Source of the DNA: Myxococcota bacterium
GTDB lineage: Bacteria; Myxococcota_A; UBA9160; UBA4427
Length of the DNA: 64,000 bases
NCBI GenBank assembly: GCA_965250285.1
Contig: OZ252299.1
Coordinates: 2,400,001 to 2,464,000 of the forward strand
Reading direction: 5' to 3'
A program made the translations under genes and the position numbers. The notes below the pieces were generated by a model, which was given only the letters and a program-made list of their open reading frames with translations, did not search any database and was not told the origin of the DNA. This document shows positions 10,378 through 18,573 of the stretch, one piece after another (within the stretch, counting starts at the first letter, position 1; each line of letters begins with the position of its first letter).

Positions 10378-11331
10378 CTAGCGGCGTGGCGGCGGCGGCC
10401 GCCGACCGTGGGGAGGCGGCCCGTGCCGGCCCCCGTTCGGCGGACCCTTCGCGAAGCTGGCGTCGGGCGCTGCGACGTGGCAGCGCGGAATCACGGGCCA
10501 CTCTCGCGTGAGGAAGTAGGCGTAGGTGCCGTCCGGATACTCGGGTGTGACCGCCTGCCGGCCGTTGCAGCGATCGAGATCGCCGCTCCCCTCCGCGAAG
10601 GCATAGTCTTCGATGAAGGTACCGTCGTATGTGCCGCCCGGTTGCCCGCTGCCGGAAGGCCGCGTGCCCTCTCGGAGCCGATAGCTCGAGCGCAGCTCGC
10701 GCACGTCGGTCGAGCCGGGCGCATAGCCGTAGAGTGCATAGATCGGAAAGCCATCGGCCGCCCAGCCCACGAGCGGCGAATGCACCGAGGGCGACAGCGA
10801 GAGATCGCTCAACAACCCGGTCGGCAGCCCGTGGTAGTGATACGCACCCGTCGGCTGCACATGGGCATTGTTGGCGTCGATGCCCAGGGTCACGGCGCCC
10901 GACAGGGCCTCGTACTGCCAGCCCGAGCTCTGCTTGCCGAGATACCACTCGGCCGCGCCGGGATCGAAGGGCACGCCGTTCACGCCGACGCCGAAGTTGT
11001 TCATGCCGAGCGGTCGTGGTTCGCGACCCCGCCTGGGCGTGACGGGCATCTGGTAGACGTAGCTCTGTACGCGGATCGAGTTCGGATTGCCCGCGTTGGG
11101 GAACGCTCCGACGAGGTGCTCCGGGATCCCGTCCGCGCGGATCACGCGCCGCCCGCCCTCGACCGTCACCGTGACGACGTCGGGGGCGCCGGGTGAACGG
11201 TCGGCCGGGATCGGCACGAAGCCATCCGACTGCGTCGCGCGGTGGACGCGCCCCGAACCTTGCGCGAAGGCGTCGGCACCGCAGATGAGAAGCAGCGTCA
11301 CGAGGAGGCAGCACGCCGTTCGTCTCGTCAT
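10378..11331 (-). CDS. Secreted YHYH domain protein
   Basis: Signal peptide; GVNGVPF, DANNAHVQPTGAYHYHG, GWAADGFPIY, GDLDRCNG; Pro/Arg-rich tail. Confidence 0.88.
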   Translation of the reverse strand: MTRRTACCLLVTLLLICGADAFAQGSGRVHRATQSDGFVPIPADRSPGAPDVVTVTVEGGRRVIRADGIPEHLVGAFPNAGNPNSIRVQSYVYQMPVTPRRGREPRPLGMNNFGVGVNGVPFDPGAAEWYLGKQSSGWQYEALSGAVTLGIDANNAHVQPTGAYHYHGLPTGLLSDLSLSPSVHSPLVGWAADGFPIYALYGYAPGSTDVRELRSSYRLREGTRPSGSGQPGGTYDGTFIEDYAFAEGSGDLDRCNGRQAVTPEYPDGTYAYFLTREWPVIPRCHVAAPDASFAKGPPNGGRHGPPPHGRRPPPPRR

Positions 11332-11418
11332 TGCGACACCCTAGCGTGTGCGACGCCCCGCTCCAGCCCGCGAACGCCCGAACATGGTCGCGCGATCCGC
11401 GCGTCGACCGGCAGCAGG

Positions 11419-12063
11419 CTAGATGCGCTTCAACACCCAGGGCCCGAGCAAGGCGCCCAGCGCGCTCAGCGCGAAGATCGGCGCAATGTGATGCGTCAGG
11501 ATGTGCTCGGGGACGTACATGCATCCGAGCTGCATGAGCAGCCCGGGGATCGCGCCGGACGCGGCTCCGACGAGCGCGGCCGAGCCCACGCGGTCGAGGG
11601 GCGCGAGTCGGCGCAGCAGGAAGAGCCCCGCCGTCATCGGCGGCAGACCGAAGAAGAAGACCTGCAGATAGCAGCCCGCGCGCTTGCCGAGCATCGACGG
11701 CTCGAGAGAAGGCGCCCACAGACCGACGACGTAGAAGAGCATCCAGGCGAGCAGCACCCCGATCGCGGGCGCGACGCGCTGCCCGCGCGTCCCGGGAGCG
11801 GGCAGCCCAAGCCGCAGCGCCCACGCGATCGCGACCACACCGGCTGCGAGGCCGAGCGAAGTTTCGAACGCGAACCGCGCATGGCTCGTCAGTTGCTCGA
11901 AGACGTCCGGACGCAGCGGGGCCTGCGTCAGCATCGCCCCCAGGACCGCGACGAACGACACGATCCACCACGCGACGATGAGGTGGCCCACGCGGCCGGG
12001 CCTCGGCACCGGCCGGACGTCGGCGGCGAGCTCCTCGATCCACTGATCGCGATCGCGCGTCAT
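11419..12063 (-). CDS. NrsF/DUF1109 family membrane anti-sigma factor
   Basis: WIEELAADVRPVPR N-terminus, about six TM segments, conserved Cys (GCYL, LGCMY..H); overlaps the sigma gene by 4 bp. Confidence 0.8.
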   Translation of the reverse strand: MTRDRDQWIEELAADVRPVPRPGRVGHLIVAWWIVSFVAVLGAMLTQAPLRPDVFEQLTSHARFAFETSLGLAAGVVAIAWALRLGLPAPGTRGQRVAPAIGVLLAWMLFYVVGLWAPSLEPSMLGKRAGCYLQVFFFGLPPMTAGLFLLRRLAPLDRVGSAALVGAASGAIPGLLMQLGCMYVPEHILTHHIAPIFALSALGALLGPWVLKRI

Positions 12064-12644
12064 GCCATCGGTCCTTCGGTTTCGAGCAGGCGTCGCACGT
12101 TTCGAATCGCTCGGTGGACCCGGGTCTTCATGGCCGTCATCGAGACCCCCGTTCGATCGGCCGCTTCGGCCAGGCTGTAGCCCGCGTAGCGCGTCAGCTC
12201 CAGGGCCTCGCGCTGGCGCGGGTCGAGCTGCGCCAACACCCGCGCCGCATCGACGCCGTCGGCGGGGTTTCGCGTGGGCCCGCCCGCCCAGTCATCGGGC
12301 GAGGCTTCGGGCCGCTCGTTGCGACCGCGGGTCTCGGCGCGGCGCAGGTGGTCGATCGTCTTGTGTCGCACGATCGTGAAGAGCCAGGGTCGGAACGGTC
12401 GCCGCTCGTCGTACGTGTGACGCGCACGGTGGACCGCGAGCAGCGTCTCCTGAACGCAATCCTCGAGGCCATCGAGCGCGCCGAAGCGATGCCGCACGTA
12501 GGCCTCGACCACGGCGCCCAGCTCGGCCATCAGCTGGGCGTACGCCCGCTGATCGCCCTGGTGGGCGCGCATCATGGCGTCTCGCCAGCGCGACTCATCG
12601 TCGGCGTAGCGGGCCTCGGCAACTCGGGCGCGGGCTGCGGACAT
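12060..12644 (-). CDS. ECF sigma-70 factor
   Basis: GDQRAY, EDCVQETLLAVH, HTYDERRPFRPWLFTIVRHKTID, region 4 MKTRVHRA; start at ATG 12644 is tentative. Confidence 0.92.
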   Translation of the reverse strand: MSAARARVAEARYADDESRWRDAMMRAHQGDQRAYAQLMAELGAVVEAYVRHRFGALDGLEDCVQETLLAVHRARHTYDERRPFRPWLFTIVRHKTIDHLRRAETRGRNERPEASPDDWAGGPTRNPADGVDAARVLAQLDPRQREALELTRYAGYSLAEAADRTGVSMTAMKTRVHRAIRNVRRLLETEGPMA

Positions 12645-12711
12645 CAACGAACCTGGGGGCAGAGGCGCGCGAGCACCTCTGCCCCGAGCGGTGTCACCGA
12701 GGGGGCGTCCC

Positions 12712-13392
12712 TCAGCGAATTCGACGTACGACGACGCGCGCGACCGAGTTACGCCAATCGTACGTGAAGGGTCCGAGCACCTCGTTTCCGTCCTCGTCCA
12801 CCTCGCCGAGGTCGTGGAAGCCGTTGCCGATGTGGACGAAGCCCTCGTCTCCCTCGTTGGGGCCGGGGGAATGCCCCTCACCGCCACACCGCGGGCCGGG
12901 CATCGAGCCGCAGCTCTGGTCGTTGGCCTCGGTGCCGGCGTCGTAGCCGGGCGCGTCGTAGCTGCGGGGACCGAACCAGGGCAGCCGCACGCCGTTCAGC
13001 GCGAAGAACGTGTCGTTGGTCGGGATCAGCATGGCCGCGACGCTGAGGACGTTGCGACCGCGCCGGGCCTCGACGACGAGCGAGACGCTCTCGCCCGGAG
13101 CCAGCAGCCCTTCGCTGGCCGTGGTGGAGCCGCCCGCGGCGTCGATCACCCCGGCGAGCGGGGCGGTATCGCCCCCCTCGGCGAGGATCTCGAGCTCGGT
13201 GCTCGCGGGCGAGCCCAGCTCGAAGATCGAGATCGACGGTGAGTGCGTGGCCGCCAGGATCGGCGTAAAAGTCTGTCCCTTGGTGATGTTCGTGATCGTG
13301 ACTTCGTAGCGGGTGGCGTAGCCGTTGGCCGACGCCGACGACGCGGCGAGCGTGATCAGCGAGACCATGGCGAGCAGGATGGCGCGGGTCAT
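12712..13392 (-). CDS. Secreted spondin (Spond_N) domain protein
   Basis: Signal peptide; YEVTITNIT, FTPILAATH, AEGGD, AAMLIPTNDTF, YDAGTEAN, FVHIGNG. Confidence 0.85.
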   Translation of the reverse strand: MTRAILLAMVSLITLAASSASANGYATRYEVTITNITKGQTFTPILAATHSPSISIFELGSPASTELEILAEGGDTAPLAGVIDAAGGSTTASEGLLAPGESVSLVVEARRGRNVLSVAAMLIPTNDTFFALNGVRLPWFGPRSYDAPGYDAGTEANDQSCGSMPGPRCGGEGHSPGPNEGDEGFVHIGNGFHDLGEVDEDGNEVLGPFTYDWRNSVARVVVRRIR

Positions 13393-13474
13393 CGGGTTTC
13401 CTCCAAAGCCCTCGGCACAGGCACCGAGCGCGGGTCGGGTGCGGGCGGTCTCGTCGCCGCCCTTCGAACCCCGA

Positions 13475-13517
13475 TACGCAGCACCCCGCGAAAGCGTCGC
13501 AGGCGCCCCGAAAAAAA
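13475..13517 (-). promoter_or_regulatory. Candidate ECF-sigma promoter: T7 tract, then TGCGAC-N17-CGTA, upstream of the spondin/sigma operon
   Basis: Minus strand tttttttcggggcgccTGCGACgctttcgcggggtgctgCGTAt; spacing and CGT -10 element are typical of ECF promoters. Confidence 0.5.
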
Positions 13518-13636
13518 GTGGGCGACCGATCAGGGCGGTGAACTCGAGTCCAGCCGCTCGCCCGCCGCGCTGCCCGGTGCGCGCGCCCGCGCTGGCTTCT
13601 CTCTTCGCCTCGCCCAGTGCTCGCAGGTGGCAGGGG

Positions 13637-13790
13637 CTAGTCGGCCATCGCGGGCGCCAGATCTGCCGCGGACGCGATCTCCCGCACGAACCCGAACCGC
13701 CCGGCCCTCATCTCTCGCGCACCTTCGAGAAACGCCTGCATCGCACAGCGCATCAGGGCCCCGCCGATGCTGATGCGCTGCACGCCCGCA
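13637..13790 (-). pseudogene. C-terminal remnant of an isocitrate lyase/PEP-mutase family gene
   Basis: AGVQRISIGGALMRCAMQAFLEGAREMRAGRFGF resembles the family C-terminus; the frame is closed upstream by a stop at 13856-13858. Confidence 0.65.
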
Positions 13791-14141
13791 GACGATCTGT
13801 ACGGCGAGCACTGGCTCAGCTTTCCCACGACGACCGCCTCGCCCGATTCGTTCGGTCATCTCCTGCAGCGCGAGCTGCTAGCGCTCGGGATCAGCGAGCC
13901 CGAGATCTCGTTCGTCGACAGCCTGACGGCACAGAAGCGGCTCGTGCAGGCCGGCTACGGCATCGCATTGCTCCCGGTCAGCGGCTGTGTCGAGGAGCTG
14001 CGGAGCGGCTCGCTCCGAGAGCTGGAAGTGGGCGCGATCAAGGCACGCCAGCCCATCGTGGCGGTCCGCCGCAAGGCGGGGCTCCGGCGCAAGAGCGCGA
14101 CCGCGCTGCTCGGCCTGATTCGCAGGTCCATCGCCTCATGA
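13785..14141 (+). pseudogene. C-terminal remnant of a LysR regulator (half of the substrate-binding domain, no HTH)
   Basis: DDLYGEHWLSFP...VDSLTAQKRLVQAGYGIALLP..ELRSGSL; in-frame TAG at 13638 leaves no room for an HTH. Confidence 0.75.
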
Positions 14142-14162
14142 GCAGAAAGCCGCAGGCGCCGT

Positions 14163-15419
14163 TCAGATCGTCAGCACCATTCGCAGCGAGAAGACCGACA
14201 GGCCGCCCTCACCCGCTGCGGGATCGACGACGAACTGCATGTTCGGCATCAGCGACACGTTCGGCGTGACGCGAACGCGGTACGAGAACTCGATCAGGTG
14301 CTCATCGTCGGTATCGGGCGCGTTCGGTCTCGCCCAGCCATACCCGAACGAGAACGCCTGCGACGGCAGCACCTGCAGCTCGAAGCCGGTGCTGAATGCG
14401 GCTCGAGCAGGCGGCCCGCCCCCACCATCGTTGTAGCCGCCCCGGGCAAAGGCAAGCAGACGATCCCAGAGCTCATAGCTCCCCGTCATCGCGAAGCCCC
14501 AGCCCTTCTCGATGCCCTGGGTGCGGCGCCCATCGGATTGCCAGAACGTCGCCTGAATGCGATCGGTGCGGTACCGATCGGGCGACGGCGTCCAGCCGAT
14601 TTCGAAGCTCTTGAGCCACTGGCGTTCACGCACCGTGTCCCACTCGAAGCCGCCATTCACGGCATTGGCGTCGTAGATCTGGAACCCGAGCCAGAGCTGT
14701 TCGGTCGCGTAGCCCTTGATGACCGCGCCCAACGAACCCAGCCCGGTCGTCGCGATGGCCGGATTGACGACGAAGGCCCGGTTGATGAACCCGCGCCCCA
14801 GGCTCTGCAGCGCGTAGACGTCCTGATAGACGTCGAACGCGAGTCGGCCGACCGACACACCGACGCGCCCGTCGAAGAACGTCTGAACCCACTTCATGAC
14901 GGAGAGGTCGACGTCGGCGTTCGAGTACACGAAGCCCGTGTTCAGCGCGCGTACGCCGATCTGCGTCGAGAGATCACTCGGCGCGGGCAAGCCGGCCAGG
15001 TCGCTGCGGTACTCGAGCCGCACCTCAAATCGGCCGGGATGCGCCGTCTTGCGAAACGTCTCCCACGCCGACTGCACGCGGACGACGGTGCCGAATGCCT
15101 GTTGATCCGAGTCGACGGTCTCGCGGTTGATGGCCTGGTAGAGAAAGTACGCGTTCGCGCCGAACGTGATGCCCAGCGCCTCGTCGAGGCGATCGCGCGA
15201 CGGCTGCAACCACGCGGTCGCATCGAACGCGAGCAGCGACGGGCGATCTTTCCAGTACTCGATGTTGCGGTAGACGTCTTCGGGGCCGCCGTCGACGAGG
15301 TCATCGCACTCGCCGGTCGCCTCGGCGGTCGGCTCGGTCCACTCGGCCGACGCCACGACCGGCCCGAGACACACGCAGGCGACAATCAACCCCGCCCAGC
15401 ACGATTGCGGCCGCCTCAT
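14163..15419 (-). CDS. Carbohydrate-selective porin (OprB-like)
   Basis: Signal peptide, amphipathic beta strands, EHLIEFSYRVRVTPNVSLMPNMQFVVDPA C-terminal motif. Confidence 0.75.
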   Translation of the reverse strand: MRRPQSCWAGLIVACVCLGPVVASAEWTEPTAEATGECDDLVDGGPEDVYRNIEYWKDRPSLLAFDATAWLQPSRDRLDEALGITFGANAYFLYQAINRETVDSDQQAFGTVVRVQSAWETFRKTAHPGRFEVRLEYRSDLAGLPAPSDLSTQIGVRALNTGFVYSNADVDLSVMKWVQTFFDGRVGVSVGRLAFDVYQDVYALQSLGRGFINRAFVVNPAIATTGLGSLGAVIKGYATEQLWLGFQIYDANAVNGGFEWDTVRERQWLKSFEIGWTPSPDRYRTDRIQATFWQSDGRRTQGIEKGWGFAMTGSYELWDRLLAFARGGYNDGGGGPPARAAFSTGFELQVLPSQAFSFGYGWARPNAPDTDDEHLIEFSYRVRVTPNVSLMPNMQFVVDPAAGEGGLSVFSLRMVLTI

Positions 15420-15624
15420 GACCGTCCAGTCTACTCGACGCCTCCCCCCGATCGGGAGAATTCACGCCATGACGAGGGGGTCGAATCTCGGTCGGCTTCG
15501 CGAAGATGGGCAATCGCACGGCGCACGACGCGCAGGCCCATGCGGCAGATGCGCGAGCCCGATGGGGAGCGCCCCCGCGTTGGGCCGTTGAAGACGACGC
15601 AACCGGGGCCCTACCCTGTGCTGC

Positions 15625-16452
15625 GTGTCCGACCCCGAGCATCTGGCGACGTACGTGCTCTGCCTCGCGCTGGCCGGGCTCACATCGGGCTTCGCCAGCG
15701 GCCTCTTTGGCATCGGCGGAGGCGCCCTCCGCGTGCCCATCTTCGTGCAGCTCTTTCCGATCTTCGAGAGCGAGCCGGCCCAGGCGATGCACATGGCGGT
15801 GGGTACGTCGCTGGCACTCGCGATCCCGGCCGGCATCACGAGCGCCCGCAAGCAGCAGCAGGCCGGGAACCTCGACGAAGCGCTGCTTCGCACGTGGATC
15901 CCGGCCCTGCTCGTCGGCGTTCTGATCGGGCTCGTCATCTCGCGCTTCGTCGCCGGATCGACGCTCACCGCGATCTTCGGCGTCGGGATGGGGGCCGTCG
16001 GACTCGAGATGATCCTGCTCTCGAAGAACGCCAAGCTGCGGGATCAGCTGCCCGGCCACCCGATTCTCGAGTTGATCGCGACGTCGATCGCGACGCTCTC
16101 GACGCTGATCGGAGTGACCGGCGGTGCGTTCACGACGCCCGTGCTCACCCTCTTCGGAATTCGGATCCACCGCGCGATCGCCACAGCCGCGGCGGGCTCG
16201 GCCGCCATCGCCGTCGTGGGGACGATCGGCTGCATCGTGAACGGTTGGGGCGTTGCCGGGCGGCCGACCTGGTCTCTCGGGTACATCGACCTCGTTGCCT
16301 TCGCGGTCGTGCTGCCCACGGTGGTGCTCTCGGCGCCCTGGGGCGTCGCGCTCGCGAACCGATCGAGCGAGTCTCGTTTGCGCAAGACGTTCGGGGTCTT
16401 CCTGGTGGTGATCAGCGCCGACATGCTGCGTCGATCGTTCCTCGCGCACTAG
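15625..16452 (+). CDS. TauE/SafE (TSUP) family membrane transporter
   Basis: GFASGLFGIGGG...P, AVGTSLA, second repeat LIGVTGG, GYIDL. Confidence 0.9.
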   Translation: MSDPEHLATYVLCLALAGLTSGFASGLFGIGGGALRVPIFVQLFPIFESEPAQAMHMAVGTSLALAIPAGITSARKQQQAGNLDEALLRTWIPALLVGVLIGLVISRFVAGSTLTAIFGVGMGAVGLEMILLSKNAKLRDQLPGHPILELIATSIATLSTLIGVTGGAFTTPVLTLFGIRIHRAIATAAAGSAAIAVVGTIGCIVNGWGVAGRPTWSLGYIDLVAFAVVLPTVVLSAPWGVALANRSSESRLRKTFGVFLVVISADMLRRSFLAH

Positions 16453-16508
16453 ACCCATCGCCGTCATTTTGCGTGCCACGAACCGGCTCGCCGAGCCACT
16501 CAGCGTGG

Positions 16509-17066
16509 ATGTCCGTCCTTCGCCTGCAGCGCGCCCTGTCTTCTCTCCTGTTCACCTTGTGCATCGTCTTCGTCTCGAGCGCCGGCCCGGCCGACGCGCT
16601 GACCATCCGATTCGACGCGCAGGATCTGCCCGAAGCGATCGGGGCCCCTGACCGCTGGCAGCTCACCTACGACTTCGCCCCGGACGAGTGGGCCAACGTC
16701 GCCGGGGCGGCCGGGTTCGCGGTGGCCTTCGACGTCGGCACCACGGCCGGCCTCGCGCTCGCGCCGGAGGGCCCTGGCGCAGACTGGGACGCGATCGTCC
16801 TGCAGCCCGACCCGCTGCTGCCGGCCGCGGGCTTCTACGACGCGCTGGCGCTCGTGTCGACGCCGTCGCTCGCCGGCCCGTTCGCCGTGACCTTCGACTG
16901 GCTGGGTGAAGGCGCGCCCGGGAGCCAGACGTTCACGATCTACGACGCGAGCTTCGCTCCCATCGTCGTCGGCGAGACGGTGCCCGAACCGGGGACCGCC
17001 GCGCTGCTCGCGGTGGGCCTTCTGTGCCTCGCCCGCCGAAGTCGCAACGAGAGGGGTGCACGATGA
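16509..17066 (+). CDS. PEP-CTERM sorting domain surface protein
   Basis: Signal peptide (…GPADA) and C-terminal VPEPGTAALLAVGLLCLARRSR. Confidence 0.88.
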   Translation: MSVLRLQRALSSLLFTLCIVFVSSAGPADALTIRFDAQDLPEAIGAPDRWQLTYDFAPDEWANVAGAAGFAVAFDVGTTAGLALAPEGPGADWDAIVLQPDPLLPAAGFYDALALVSTPSLAGPFAVTFDWLGEGAPGSQTFTIYDASFAPIVVGETVPEPGTAALLAVGLLCLARRSRNERGAR

Positions 17067-18556
17067 AGCCGAATGCACGGCGGGGGTGCGCCGGTCGGGG
17101 CCGACCCGTTCTCATCGCACTGCTCGCACTGCTGTGCCCAGGCCTCCTCGCGTCGAGCTGCTCGTCGTCGCGCCGGGTCGAGACCGCCGACTACGTGCTC
17201 GAGTACGAACGCAGGGATGGGGGCGAGCGCGTCGGCCGAACCGCCTGGCGCTACGCATACACGGTCACGCTCACCCCGACGCGATCCGGCGCGGGCAACG
17301 TCTATGCCACCGTCACGAGCACGACGCCGACGACGGTGGTCACCCAGGGCGATCTGTACTTTGGCGACGTCGAGCGTGGTGTGACCGCGACGTCCCAGCG
17401 CCCGCTCGTCATCGAGCAGGACCGGAGCGTGCCCTTCGACCCTCAGCGGCTCGTCTTCGACGTCGACCCGATCGAGCAGGCGCCCTACGACTTCACGGCG
17501 CTCGAGGCCGAGATCGAAGCGTTCCTCGCCGCGACGCCGGGTGCCGCCGGCGCGAACGTGATCCTCGTCGAGCGCGAAGACGGCGTCATCTACAAGCGAT
17601 CGTTCGGTGCGTTCACCCCCGATCGCGTGTCGTTCATCGCTTCGGCCAGCAAGATGATCGCGGCCGGCGTGTTGCTCGCCCTCGATGACCGTGGCCTGCT
17701 CGACGTCGACGCACCGGTGAGCGACGCGACCGGGTGGGACCCCGAAGACAACCCCTCGATCACGCCCGCACAGCTCGTCTCGAACACGTCTGGGCTGCCC
17801 GGGCTGGCCCCGCTCTTCATCCCCCACATCTGCCAGTATCTGGTCACCGGGACGCTGACCGACTGCGGCGAGGAGATCTTCACGACTCCCGAGAACGACC
17901 CGATGCCGGGCGACCCACCAGATGCCGTGCGGGCGATCCCGCCCGATACCGCCTTTCGCTATGGCGGCGGCCAGTGGCAGGTGGCGGGCGGGGTCGCCGA
18001 GCTCGCGTCGGGCAAGACCTGGCGCCAGCTGATCGACGAGCTCTACGTCGAGCCCTGCGGGCTCGAGGCGTTCGGCTTCTCGAACCCGTTCACGGCGTTC
18101 CCGGGCACCTCGGTGGCCGGCTACCCGGTCGGCTTCGACGGGGATCTGTCGAAGGTGCCGGTGACGGACAATCCGAACCTCGAAGGCGGTGCGTACACGA
18201 CCAGCGGCGACTACGGCAAGCTGCTGCTGATGCATCTGCGCGACGGGCTCTGCGGCGAGAACGAGGTCATGAGCGCAGCCGCCGTCGACACGCTGCACAC
18301 CGATCGGTTGCTCGAAGTGCTCGGGCCCGACGTGGTGACCGGCTTCGGGGGACTCGACGGCTACGGCTACGGCTGGTGGCACGATCGAAGCACGCCCGCG
18401 GTGCTGCTCGATCCGGGAGCGTGGGGGGCCACGGCCTGGCTCGACACCGACCGCAAGTACGCGGGCTTCATCCTCGTCGAAGACTCGAGCGCCGGCACGC
18501 CGCTCTACGCCCGCATTCGCGGCCTGGCCGAGGCGGCGGTCGACGCCGCTCGCTGA
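17063..18556 (+). CDS. Secreted/lipoprotein serine hydrolase (beta-lactamase class C-like) with an extra N-terminal beta-rich domain
   Basis: SASK (SxxK), QLVSNTSGLPG, FRYGG, PNLEGG, PGAWG; LASSC possible lipobox; ATGA overlap with the upstream gene. Confidence 0.85.
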   Translation: MKPNARRGCAGRGRPVLIALLALLCPGLLASSCSSSRRVETADYVLEYERRDGGERVGRTAWRYAYTVTLTPTRSGAGNVYATVTSTTPTTVVTQGDLYFGDVERGVTATSQRPLVIEQDRSVPFDPQRLVFDVDPIEQAPYDFTALEAEIEAFLAATPGAAGANVILVEREDGVIYKRSFGAFTPDRVSFIASASKMIAAGVLLALDDRGLLDVDAPVSDATGWDPEDNPSITPAQLVSNTSGLPGLAPLFIPHICQYLVTGTLTDCGEEIFTTPENDPMPGDPPDAVRAIPPDTAFRYGGGQWQVAGGVAELASGKTWRQLIDELYVEPCGLEAFGFSNPFTAFPGTSVAGYPVGFDGDLSKVPVTDNPNLEGGAYTTSGDYGKLLLMHLRDGLCGENEVMSAAAVDTLHTDRLLEVLGPDVVTGFGGLDGYGYGWWHDRSTPAVLLDPGAWGATAWLDTDRKYAGFILVEDSSAGTPLYARIRGLAEAAVDAAR

Positions 18557-18573
18557 GCGGCCGCGGCCAGCGG

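Noticed and set aside
14298..16508. N-terminal part of the 922-aa ORF ending in PEP-CTERM
   Set aside because: Overlaps the porin (antisense) and TauE (other frame); the real protein starts at 16509 with a signal peptide
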